In this document: piece by piece, positions 56,339 to 64,000 of the stretch
Numbering within the stretch: position 1 is the first letter of the stretch
Layout: each line of letters opens with the position of its first letter
From: Patescibacteria group bacterium
GTDB taxonomy: Bacteria > Patescibacteriota > Patescibacteriia > 2-01-FULL-39-33
Assembly: GCA_041650895.1 (NCBI GenBank)
Contig: JBAZKF010000001.1
Coordinates: 17,685-81,684 of the forward strand
Length of the DNA: 64,000 nt
Direction: 5' to 3'
Translations under genes and position numbers: made by a program
Notes under the pieces: model-generated
The model's input: only the letters and a program-made list of their open reading frames with translations
Databases searched by the model: none
What the model was told of the DNA's origin: nothing

Positions 56339-56773
56339 TTATATAATTTTATCAACCCACAGAACAGTGCCTTCTCTTTTAAATCCATATCTTTCGATAA
56401 ACTTAGAAAATAACTCCTGATCTTCGGCATTCACACAAAGCATAATATAAGTATATCCAAGATCTTTAACTTGCTTCAATCCTTCCTCTGTTAATTTTGC
56501 GGCCACTCCCAATCCGCGAGCGGATGGTGTCACGTAAAGATTTTCCCAAGTAATTTTCTTTGTTGGTATGTGAGCGGAATAAAAAGAAAAGCCAATAATT
56601 TCATTTTTTGTTTTTGCCACTAACAGAACATCACTAGGACTTTGACACCATTTTTTTAATTGTTCTTTACTCCAAAAAATTCCACTAGCACTAGCAAATT
56701 CTTTCTGTAAAGCACCTAGTTTATAAATCTCATCAATGTCCGTAATATTCATTCTAGATATTTGAAAATCCAT
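56339..56773 (-). CDS. GNAT family N-acetyltransferase
   Basis: acetyl-CoA binding motif region ...ARGLGVAAKLTEEGLKQVKDLGY...; 4 nt after the cyclodipeptide synthase gene. Confidence 0.8.
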   Translation of the reverse strand: MDFQISRMNITDIDEIYKLGALQKEFASASGIFWSKEQLKKWCQSPSDVLLVAKTKNEIIGFSFYSAHIPTKKITWENLYVTPSARGLGVAAKLTEEGLKQVKDLGYTYIMLCVNAEDQELFSKFIERYGFKREGTVLWVDKII

Positions 56774-56776
56774 ATA

Positions 56777-57478
56777 TTATTCGATATCGGCTATGCCTGT
56801 TTTATTTATAATTCTTAATTTATTCCTTAAACCATTATACTCATTACTTTTAATAATTTTTACTACTAATTCATCAAATTTACCTAATCCCGGATACAAA
56901 ATAACTGAATACAATTCACCACGATTAATAATCGAAACTCCATTCAAAAATAATGGCAATTCTTGTAGGACATAAAGAGCCACTGACTCGGCTCGATCTT
57001 TTGAAATAGTGCGTCCTCGTATTTTTAGCATTTCGTTAGAAATTTCCATTACCGAATTATAAAAAGCCTTTTGTTCAGAAAATTCCCTCATTAATACCTC
57101 TCGTTGTTTAACAAATTTTGGCGTTAAAGCATCATCATAGTTGGCGATAACAACCTTCTTTTGATCTTTTGCGGGCAATCTTGAGACGATTACTTCGACT
57201 TCTTGTCTTTTCTCATCTTCCATTTCGAAAGCCTTTTTTAATGATTGTGCTCTGCTTAAATTATCAATATACCTTAAATTAGAAACCTGAAGTCTCCCTG
57301 GGATTAAAATTAACAAGGATTTTTTAGTATGTATGAGGCCAAAATCAATAAGTTTTTCAAGATTATTTTTCGTGAACCATTTATTACCAAAACTTAAACC
57401 TATCCAAAGATTATATCTTTTTTTAAAGATATAATCTTTGGGAATTAATAATGTTTCTTTTATTTGAATTATTTCCAT
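56777..57478 (-). CDS. tRNA-dependent cyclodipeptide synthase (CDPS), XYP-type
   Basis: IGLSFGNKWF (catalytic Ser in the G-x-S-x-GN-x-x-F motif, compare AlbC IGISAGNSYF), LYVLQELPLF (AlbC NYVLAEAPLF; Tyr/Glu catalytic pair), SVILYPG (Y-P); about 233 aa as expected. Confidence 0.75.
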   Translation of the reverse strand: MEIIQIKETLLIPKDYIFKKRYNLWIGLSFGNKWFTKNNLEKLIDFGLIHTKKSLLILIPGRLQVSNLRYIDNLSRAQSLKKAFEMEDEKRQEVEVIVSRLPAKDQKKVVIANYDDALTPKFVKQREVLMREFSEQKAFYNSVMEISNEMLKIRGRTISKDRAESVALYVLQELPLFLNGVSIINRGELYSVILYPGLGKFDELVVKIIKSNEYNGLRNKLRIINKTGIADIE

Positions 57479-57514
57479 ATACGATTAATCTTATATGATC
57501 ATACCAAAATTATT

Positions 57515-57739
57515 TTATTCACAATAATAAAATACGCCACCATATTGATTTTTTTCTTGAAAGCTTAGGCTATCATAATCTTCAACACAGCTTCTAAATT
57601 TATCGTATTTATCTTCAGATTCATAATAATTATCTGACCACTCCTCAGCAGTCATACTTTCATATTTACCAATACTACAACCACTTAAAAACAGGAGAAA
57701 TAGTAATGACATAAATACAATGTAATATTTTTTTATCAT
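57515..57739 (-). CDS. small lipoprotein
   Basis: 74 aa; signal peptide with lipobox LSGC; acidic, 4 additional Cys. Confidence 0.5.
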   Translation of the reverse strand: MIKKYYIVFMSLLFLLFLSGCSIGKYESMTAEEWSDNYYESEDKYDKFRSCVEDYDSLSFQEKNQYGGVFYYCE

Positions 57740-57789
57740 AACAAATATACATTTTATTTTAGATTCAAACTAATATTATAAAATTAACT

Positions 57790-59604
57790 TTATTTAATCC
57801 CAGCCACTTTTTTTTCTTCGTCTGTCATTAGATGCGCGGGATTAATAGACTCCCACCAATAATTATTAAGACCTCTTTTTTGTATCGTTGTGATGTATTC
57901 AATTAATTTTAGTCTTACCTCAGTTTCTTGTAAATTCATTAATCCTGCAAGCTGTATACGAATATTTTTATCAAATAGAATTTTTTTTACGAATGGCATA
58001 ATTCTCTCTCCATAATATCTGCCAAAATCAGCCCATAAAGGTTCCCCATTATGCTCGGACAGTACAACAAGTAGGAAATTGGCCTGAAATTGAAAATTTT
58101 CAATTTTTCCATCCATTTTTGGTACTAATTCAATAAGCCAATCTTGATTTTTTAAATATTCCCTAATGTATTCATTCACTTTAGTTGAATGACCAGTCAG
58201 GGCACGAGTATAATGAAAATGATTATCTTCTAAAAAAGACATCGGTGGCTGATCAAAGTAATTTGGATTATCGAACTTAGTTTCAAGTAAAATTTTGAGT
58301 GGCGCATAATTATCTCTGGCTATACAAATAGTAGCTATAATGTATAAGATTTCAACAATTATAACTTCCGGAACCGCAATCAGAGAAATTAGACCGGATT
58401 TATTATTTGTAAGTTCAACTAAAGCTGTCAGATATTCACAGTATATTTTTATCTGATTTTTGTTGCCATATACTGAAATTGTAGCACCTAAATATATATA
58501 CTGATAACTACTCGCTTCCATGCGCGAAATAGCCTCTGGTATGCGATCCACATCCTGACCAATTTCCTGAAAAATTATTTCCCATTCCTTTTTTATTTTA
58601 GTGATTAATTTGTGGCACAATCTCTCAAAATTTAATATATTAATAGTTTCCACACTAGACCCGGAAGAACCAACAACAAAATTAATTGTTTCCTGCAAAA
58701 GTTTGTTTTTTTCATCCATCGTTAAATCAATCACTGGCACAGAAAAAATAGCATTTTGTAATTCTGGCGTTTTTGGTATCTCAATGGTTTCGGGCTTTAA
58801 ATGCAACCTCTTTTTAAACACTGGGAGAGTGAGATTACCCTCTAATTTACCTAACATGGTTGGTGTTTGAGTGTGTTTCCATTTGTCCCTAGCACGAGAG
58901 CTTACACCTTCTGCGATTGGACTAAAAATGTCTGTAGCTGAAAAATATTCACTAGGACGATTTTTTTGGAGTTCATCAAGTACATAATATGTAAATAAAC
59001 CATTTTTAAGTTCAGGATCTTCGATTGAAAGTTCATCATCTTTACTGGCAGTAAAAATCATACTACCATTACCAATTACTGTATTTGAAAATGATTTAAT
59101 ATTTTTAAATCCCTTGGTATTGGGGATTGGGTAATTTTTGGCATTTTTACTTACTGACCCACTAAAACAAGAATCAATAAAAATTAAATTTACTTTTGAT
59201 TTTAGGGATGTGAAAATATTTTTTATATCCTCTACTGATAAACAAGTATTTACAATATCATGAGTTGCATCATACGGCACTAAAAAGCTAAGTCCTGAAT
59301 TAATATTATTAGGATCATCAACTAATGCTCCGTGACCGGAATAGAAAAAGAAGAAAACGTCATCTGACTCGATATTATCCAGTAATTCTTTTCCTAACGC
59401 AGTCTTGATTTCTGAAAGAGTCGCCTCTTCATCAACTAAAAGTTTATTATACCCAATATTGCTAATATTTTGTTGAAATAATGAGAAAAACTCTGTTGCA
59501 TCTTTTTCTGCAAACGCTAGATTTGTAATTTGATTCTTATGCTTAGAAATTCCAATCGCAACAATATGATGTTTCATGAAATTAATTATTTTAGTAATTC
59601 CCAC
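57790..59604 (-). CDS. caspase-like (peptidase C14) domain protein with ~350-aa unknown C-terminal domain
   Basis: HIVAIGISKH...FFFYSGHGA (His) ... LIFIDSCFSG (Cys) dyad; GTG start with GGGAG Shine-Dalgarno, alternative ATG at 59577. Confidence 0.7.
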   Translation of the reverse strand: MGITKIINFMKHHIVAIGISKHKNQITNLAFAEKDATEFFSLFQQNISNIGYNKLLVDEEATLSEIKTALGKELLDNIESDDVFFFFYSGHGALVDDPNNINSGLSFLVPYDATHDIVNTCLSVEDIKNIFTSLKSKVNLIFIDSCFSGSVSKNAKNYPIPNTKGFKNIKSFSNTVIGNGSMIFTASKDDELSIEDPELKNGLFTYYVLDELQKNRPSEYFSATDIFSPIAEGVSSRARDKWKHTQTPTMLGKLEGNLTLPVFKKRLHLKPETIEIPKTPELQNAIFSVPVIDLTMDEKNKLLQETINFVVGSSGSSVETINILNFERLCHKLITKIKKEWEIIFQEIGQDVDRIPEAISRMEASSYQYIYLGATISVYGNKNQIKIYCEYLTALVELTNNKSGLISLIAVPEVIIVEILYIIATICIARDNYAPLKILLETKFDNPNYFDQPPMSFLEDNHFHYTRALTGHSTKVNEYIREYLKNQDWLIELVPKMDGKIENFQFQANFLLVVLSEHNGEPLWADFGRYYGERIMPFVKKILFDKNIRIQLAGLMNLQETEVRLKLIEYITTIQKRGLNNYWWESINPAHLMTDEEKKVAGIK

Positions 59605-59792
59605 GCTTCAACTCCCAAGGCATTGGCTAATTTATATAAATTTTCTAATGTAGGGTTTACCCGGCCACTTTCCACCCGGCAGATATAGGCGCGGTCAATT
59701 CTGCTTGAACGAAAAACGTCGCCTTGAGTTAGGCCTTTTTCCTCTCGTATCCGTTTAAAATTAACGGCAAGTTTTTTGCTTAATTTATGCAT
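59586..59792 (-). CDS. XRE-family helix-turn-helix transcriptional regulator
   Basis: 68 aa; IREEKGLTQGDVFRSSRIDRAYICRVESGRVNPTLENLYKLANAL. Confidence 0.75.
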   Translation of the reverse strand: MHKLSKKLAVNFKRIREEKGLTQGDVFRSSRIDRAYICRVESGRVNPTLENLYKLANALGVEAWELLK

Positions 59793-59951
59793 AGTTATTC
59801 ACAGATATTTTACCAATTATTGTATATCTTAACAATATTGTTGTATAATACAATAGAGAAGTGGGGGTTTGTGTTAAAAAAAAGAAAAAGTTTGATTTTG
59901 TCCAAAATATAGTTCGAGCCGATTTTTTTAATCTGGTTCTTTGGCGGTTTT

Positions 59952-60069
59952 ATTCCGCCTCAGCCGTCCAGATGTTTCGGTCGGGCGGAAGGAGGGGTTT
60001 GGGGGGGGAATTCCGCCTGACCGATCATAATTTTTGTTGAAATTCGGTTCGGATTTGTTCATAAACACC
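59952..60069 (-). repeat. island repeat element R3 (inverted orientation relative to R1/R2)
   Basis: reverse complement shares AAATCCGAACCGAATTTCA and the GG(T)CRGGCGGAATTCCCC...CCTCCTTCCGCCCGACCGAAACATCTGGACGGCTGAGGCGGAAT hairpin region with R2. Confidence 0.7.
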
Positions 60070-60144
60070 CAGCCAGTTTCGCTTTTCATTTTTTAAAACA
60101 GAATTCCAACCGTTTTTTGGCTTAAATTCAAATTTTTTGCCTTG
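60070..60144. repeat. 75-bp perfect inverted repeat, left copy (flanks the recombinase gene)
   Basis: exact reverse complement of 61563-61637, checked base by base. Confidence 0.85.
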
Positions 60145-60206
60145 GTTCCGATTACTATCGGAACGCCAGAATCAAACTTTTTCTTTTTCTTTAATTCAAT
60201 ACAAAT

Positions 60207-61694
60207 ATGAAATACTTTCTTTACGCCCGCAAGTCGACAGACGAAGAGGAGCGTCAAGTCCTTTCAATTGAAGCCCAGCTCGCAGAGCTGAAGGAGTTAG
60301 CCGCCAAAGAAAAATTGGAAATTGCTGACTCGCTCTGCGAGTCTAAAACCGCCAAAGAACCAGGCCGAAAAATTTTCGGCGAAATGCTCGCTCGGATTGA
60401 AAAAGGTGAAGCCGACGGAATTTTAGCGTGGCACCCAGATAGATTGGCCAGAAATAGCGTTGATGGTGGGAAGATTATCTACATGGTGGATATTGGCCAG
60501 ATTAAAACGCTGAAATTCCCGACTTTTTGGTTTGAGAATACTCCGCAAGGTAAATTCATGCTCAATATCGCTTTCGGCCAGAGCAAATACTATATTGATA
60601 ATTTAAGCGAAAATGTTAAGCGCGGATTCAGACAAAAGTTAAGGCGTGGCGAATATCCCAACAAAGCGCCTATTGGCTATCTTAATGACCGCATGGCTAA
60701 AACCGTGCTTATTGATCCTCTGCGCGCCAAGCTGATAATCAAGATGTTTGAGATGTACAGCACGGGAGAATTTTCGCTTAAATTTCTAAAAGATAAGTTT
60801 TGCGATATCGGTCTGACCAGTAAGCGAGGAAAAATCCTGACTGTCGGCATGATTTCTAATATATTGAGCAATCCCTTTTATTGCGGAGTATTCAAGTTTA
60901 ATGGCGAAATATACCAAGGCAAGTACGAGCCGATTATTTCCAAGAAGCTTTTTGATGAAGTTCAGGCGGTAATGCGGGATCGCGGCCGGCCGCTCGGGCA
61001 AGACAAGCACGACTACGCATTTACAGGACTAATGAAATGCAAATGCGGCGCCTGCATTACCGCTGAACGGCAAAAAGGCCATATCTATTATCGCTGTACG
61101 AAAAAGCTCGGAGCCTGCGATGAAAAGTATATCCGCGAAGAAAACTTGCTGGAGCAATTCTATGGCCTTTTTCAAAAAGCTTCTTTGTCTGATGACTGGA
61201 TTGACAAGATGCTCGCCAAACTGGACGAGGAACAGAAAAGCGATATGAAGTCATCTATTGGTCTGATTGATGAGGTTAAAGCGCAAATTGGTGGCCTAGA
61301 GAGCAAGTTAGACAAGTTATTAGATGACCGATTAGAAGGGTTATTGGACAAGGACGACTATTTGCGCAAGAAAGAACAGCTCATCAATCAAAAAATCACT
61401 TTTGAGGACAAAATCCAGTCAATCAGGCAAACAGGAAATAATTGGCTCGAACCGATGAGAGAATTCCTTTTCGCCAATAAACAAACCAAAAAAGTCGCCA
61501 ATGGCGGCGACCTTCTAGAGATTAGAGCATTTATTAAAAAAATCGGCTCGAACTTTATTTTGCAAGGCAAAAAATTTGAATTTAAGCCAAAAAACGGTTG
61601 GAATTCTGTTTTAAAAAATGAAAAGCGAAACTGGCTGCGGGACAGGGACTCGAACCCCGATACCACCCTCCAGAGGGGCGTGTCCTACCATTAG
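60207..61694 (+). CDS. large serine recombinase (resolvase/invertase catalytic domain plus recombinase and zinc-ribbon/coiled-coil domains)
   Basis: N-terminal YARKSTDEEERQVLSIEAQ (catalytic Ser region), RLARN, CxxC...CxxC zinc ribbon; 3' end runs through the right IR and antisense into the tRNA. Confidence 0.85.
   Translation: MKYFLYARKSTDEEERQVLSIEAQLAELKELAAKEKLEIADSLCESKTAKEPGRKIFGEMLARIEKGEADGILAWHPDRLARNSVDGGKIIYMVDIGQIKTLKFPTFWFENTPQGKFMLNIAFGQSKYYIDNLSENVKRGFRQKLRRGEYPNKAPIGYLNDRMAKTVLIDPLRAKLIIKMFEMYSTGEFSLKFLKDKFCDIGLTSKRGKILTVGMISNILSNPFYCGVFKFNGEIYQGKYEPIISKKLFDEVQAVMRDRGRPLGQDKHDYAFTGLMKCKCGACITAERQKGHIYYRCTKKLGACDEKYIREENLLEQFYGLFQKASLSDDWIDKMLAKLDEEQKSDMKSSIGLIDEVKAQIGGLESKLDKLLDDRLEGLLDKDDYLRKKEQLINQKITFEDKIQSIRQTGNNWLEPMREFLFANKQTKKVANGGDLLEIRAFIKKIGSNFILQGKKFEFKPKNGWNSVLKNEKRNWLRDRDSNPDTTLQRGVSYH
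61563..61637. repeat. 75-bp perfect inverted repeat, right copy, abutting the tRNA-Gln 3' end
   Basis: CAAGGCAAAAAATTTGAATTTAAGCCAAAAAACGGTTGGAATTCTGTTTTAAAAAATGAAAAGCGAAACTGGCTG. Confidence 0.85.
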
Positions 61695-61705
61695 ACGATC
61701 CCGCA
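61635..61705 (-). tRNA. tRNA-Gln (anticodon CUG)
   Basis: hand-folded cloverleaf; U1-A72; anticodon loop CUCUGGA; T-loop TTCGAGT; about 80% identical to the tRNA-Gln(UUG) at 29.6 kb. Confidence 0.8.
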
Positions 61706-61761
61706 TTATTTTTTCTATTTAGCAGTATAGCACATAAATCAGGATAAATCAAGGCGTAGTC

Positions 61762-61790
61762 TTGACAAAATTAAACATCTGTGATAAAAT
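61762..61790 (+). promoter_or_regulatory. promoter for rnpB
   Basis: TTGACA-N17-(TG)-TAAAAT, about 10 nt upstream of the predicted RNase P RNA 5' end. Confidence 0.4.
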
Positions 61791-61799
61791 TATAACACT

Positions 61800-62150
61800 G
61801 AGTATGACGGATAGTTACTCTTTGGCCTTAGGCCGAAGAGAGGAAAGTCCGAACACCCTTTTCGGCGCAAGCCGGAATGTCGCGGTAATGGGTAACGCCC
61901 ACCCGGACAGTCGTAAGGCTGGCCGAGGACCAGTTCCACAGAGACAATACTAACGAGATGCGCAAGTATTTCGCGAAAGGTGAAAAGTGTAGCGAAGTAT
62001 TAAGTTGAGAGTGAGATATCTCCTCAAATTAATGCCACCCTACTCAACTCCCAGCGATGGGCAGTTGTGGTAAACTCTACCTGGTGCAACCCCGTTTCGG
62101 GGGCTTGATCATGCCGGTAACGGCAATGACAGACAGATGACTATCGTTTT
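61800..62150 (+). ncRNA. rnpB: RNase P RNA (bacterial type A-like)
   Basis: universally conserved GAGGAAAGTCCG(AAC)... P4 strand, GGTAACGCC, terminal P1 pairing GGATAGT/ACTATC, followed by T-run. Confidence 0.7.
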
Positions 62151-62206
62151 TTACGGCCGCAAGGTTAGTAAAAAATACAGAATTCGGCTTATAGTCATAT
62201 TCAGTT

Positions 62207-62239
62207 AAAAAATACTTCGCTGCTGCGAGGTATTTTTTT
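62207..62239. terminator. bidirectional intrinsic terminator between rnpB and rnhA
   Basis: A6-TACTTCGC-TGCT-GCGAGGTA-T7. Confidence 0.6.
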
Positions 62240-62243
62240 ATAT

Positions 62244-62639
62244 TTATTCGTGTCTATCAATCGCTTCGTTGACTAGTTTGTCCGCTAATTTGTTTTGCTC
62301 GCGATAGATGTGTTTGAAAGTGACTCTTTTGAATTTGGTGCTTAGGTTATAGACTTTAATGAACAGTACTCCCAGATCCTTATCTTTGACTCGGTATTCG
62401 CGATTTAATTGCTTTACCACCAGTTCGGAATCCAAAAGGCATTCAGCCTCGGTTACCCCGTTTTCTAAGGCATGCTCCAGAGCCAAAATTAAAGCGCGAT
62501 ACTCCGCCTGGTTATTGGTGGCTTCGCCGATATAGCGTTTAAGTTCCAGTTGTTTCTCGCCGATTTTTATTACGGCTCCGATACCGGCCGGACCGGGATT
62601 GCCCCGCGCTCCGCCATCAGAATAAATTATTGCTTTCAT
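62244..62639 (-). CDS. rnhA: ribonuclease HI
   Basis: MKAIIYSDGGARGNPGPAGIG ... catalytic DEDD residues. Confidence 0.85.
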   Translation of the reverse strand: MKAIIYSDGGARGNPGPAGIGAVIKIGEKQLELKRYIGEATNNQAEYRALILALEHALENGVTEAECLLDSELVVKQLNREYRVKDKDLGVLFIKVYNLSTKFKRVTFKHIYREQNKLADKLVNEAIDRHE

Positions 62640-62787
62640 ATTGACTTTTTCAGTATAAAGAGTTATGTTTCTATTATTGTTCTTTAATTATAACTTCAAA
62701 TAGCGTAATCAACAACCTGAAAGGAGAAAGCCATGATCGTTAAATCCGATCCGATAAGAATTTTCACACCGCCCATATGAGGCGGTT

Positions 62788-64000
62788 TTATTTTTCACTT
62801 ATTTTTAAATCTTCAATTTTCAATTGCAATTCTTTATTGCCGTTCCATTCATTTACGCCAAGCTCAAAAACTATATCAATCTTGTCCCCCGCTTTGAGTC
62901 GCGCGCACCATTCGCCAAAAGAAAAGCCAATTAACTTGTGTAAGTTGGATAAATCCCCGTTTTGCGACACTAACACCTTAAGATGTTTGCCGTCGACTCC
63001 GACCGTCTGCACTTGCTCCACCGACAAACCGAAAGCGGCAAATAGCGGTTGTTCGTTATCTTCGCCGAACGGTTCAAATTTACTGACTTCCTCTAATAAT
63101 TGCCAATCGATTTGGGATAGTTTTATTTCCGTATCAATCAACAAAGTCGGAGTCAGATCAAGCCCGATTAATTTTCCTTTCGCCAATTGTCGGATTTTCT
63201 CTTTAAATTTTTGAAAATTATCCTCGCCAATAATCGTCAAACCGCAAGCCTGGGGATGTCCGCCATATTTGGCGAGCAAGTCATGGCATTGCTTAAGCGC
63301 CTCGGTAATGTCAAATTCCTCAATGCTTCTTCCAGATGCCAAATACTTGTCGCCTTCTTTGGTGAATACCAGGGCCGGCCGGCGATGCTTGTCAGCCAAA
63401 CGTCCGGCTACCAGCCCGACTACTCCTGCCGCCCAACCCTCGCCTTCAGCGATTAGAATATGTTCTTCTTCGGCGGTTTTAGCTATTTGAATGAAGGCGG
63501 CTTCTAGAATCTTACTGGTGATCTGCTGCCTTTCCTTGTTGTTATTTTCAAGAAATTGCGCCCATTTTTCCGCCTCTTCCTCCGATTCGGCAGTCAATAG
63601 ATTAAATGCCACGGAAGCGTGGCCAACTCGTCCGGCGGCGTTGATTCGCGGTACAATCCGCCAACCTAAGTATTCGGTGTCTAAGCTGTTGTGGCGATTA
63701 TTAACTAATTCCATCATTTTTGCCAAACCCAAGTTGCGGGTCTTCTCCATTACCATCAAGCCGTATTTGACTATAATCCTATTTTCGCCCAGTAGCGGTA
63801 CAATGTCGCCGACCGTAGCGATTGCCGCCAAATCCAACAGCCATTTTTCGTAACCCTCAGGCAATTGAATCGGACTATTATTCTCCTGCTGATATTTAAT
63901 GATGGCCTGTATGAATTTAAAAGCTACGCCAGCGCCGCATAACGGGCTTTCGGGATAACCGCAAGATTTGACCTGAGGGTCAATAATTGCCAACGCCTGA
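62788..64000 (-). CDS. recJ: single-stranded-DNA-specific exonuclease RecJ (C-terminal part; N-terminus lies beyond window end)
   Basis: DHHA1 domain GGGH motif (YGGHPQACG) and RecJ OB-fold region; ORF open at 64000. Confidence 0.8.
   Translation of the reverse strand, partial: QALAIIDPQVKSCGYPESPLCGAGVAFKFIQAIIKYQQENNSPIQLPEGYEKWLLDLAAIATVGDIVPLLGENRIIVKYGLMVMEKTRNLGLAKMMELVNNRHNSLDTEYLGWRIVPRINAAGRVGHASVAFNLLTAESEEEAEKWAQFLENNNKERQQITSKILEAAFIQIAKTAEEEHILIAEGEGWAAGVVGLVAGRLADKHRRPALVFTKEGDKYLASGRSIEEFDITEALKQCHDLLAKYGGHPQACGLTIIGEDNFQKFKEKIRQLAKGKLIGLDLTPTLLIDTEIKLSQIDWQLLEEVSKFEPFGEDNEQPLFAAFGLSVEQVQTVGVDGKHLKVLVSQNGDLSNLHKLIGFSFGEWCARLKAGDKIDIVFELGVNEWNGNKELQLKIEDLKISEK

Larger units (their letters stand above)
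52313..61648. mobile_element. putative ~9.3-kb integrated island at tRNA-Gln(CUG) carrying a large serine recombinase and gene cassettes
   Basis: intact tRNA at one end, 14-nt tRNA 3'-end copy at the other; serine recombinase next to the tRNA; AT-rich hypothetical cargo; internal repeat elements. Confidence 0.55.

Noticed and set aside
1-64000. Possible UGA-recoded genetic code (as in some CPR lineages)
   Set aside because: ftsW (23583-24692) terminates with TGA, and other confident genes use TAA/TAG normally; the standard code fits.
1-64000. CRISPR array
   Set aside because: No regularly spaced repeat-spacer pattern. The repeats present are single 90-bp or 150-bp elements, 21-bp coding tandems and iterons.

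Overview
The window reads as a small, AT-rich, gene-dense bacterial genome with short intergenic spacers and many truncated universal proteins, which suggests a reduced-genome lineage such as CPR/Patescibacteria. This is an inference from gene content only. The standard code applies: TGA ends the ftsW ORF.

The first 51 kb is mostly housekeeping: def-fmt; rplU; secD-secF; gap; ricT; tsf-rpsB; rpmE; prfA and prmC; rplY; ftsW; an ABC permease; a UvrD/nuclease fusion; recR; an rluB-family pseudouridine synthase; glycosyltransferases and a flippase; pilM; the rpsI-rplM and rplQ-rpoA-rpsD-rpsK-rpsM-rpmJ-infA ribosomal blocks; alaS; plsC; mnmA. Embedded in this stretch are two radical-SAM loci with co-transcribed unknown partners. 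There is also a tRNA-Gln(UUG) gene with a 90-bp duplicated leader plus a ~0.9-kb GC-rich, ORF-free, highly palindromic segment.

The last ~10 kb (about 52.3-61.7 kb) looks like an accessory island inserted at the 3' end of a second tRNA-Gln(CUG). A 14-nt copy of the tRNA 3' end sits at the far border. The island carries a large serine recombinase flanked by perfect 75-bp inverted repeats. It also holds three copies of a ~150-bp hairpin-containing element that split the cargo into cassettes. The cargo includes a tRNA-dependent cyclodipeptide synthase with a GNAT acetyltransferase, and an XRE-regulator/caspase-like protease pair. This island, especially the cyclodipeptide-synthase module and the recombination-site architecture, is the best candidate for an undescribed system. 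RNase P RNA, rnhA and a partial recJ follow the island.
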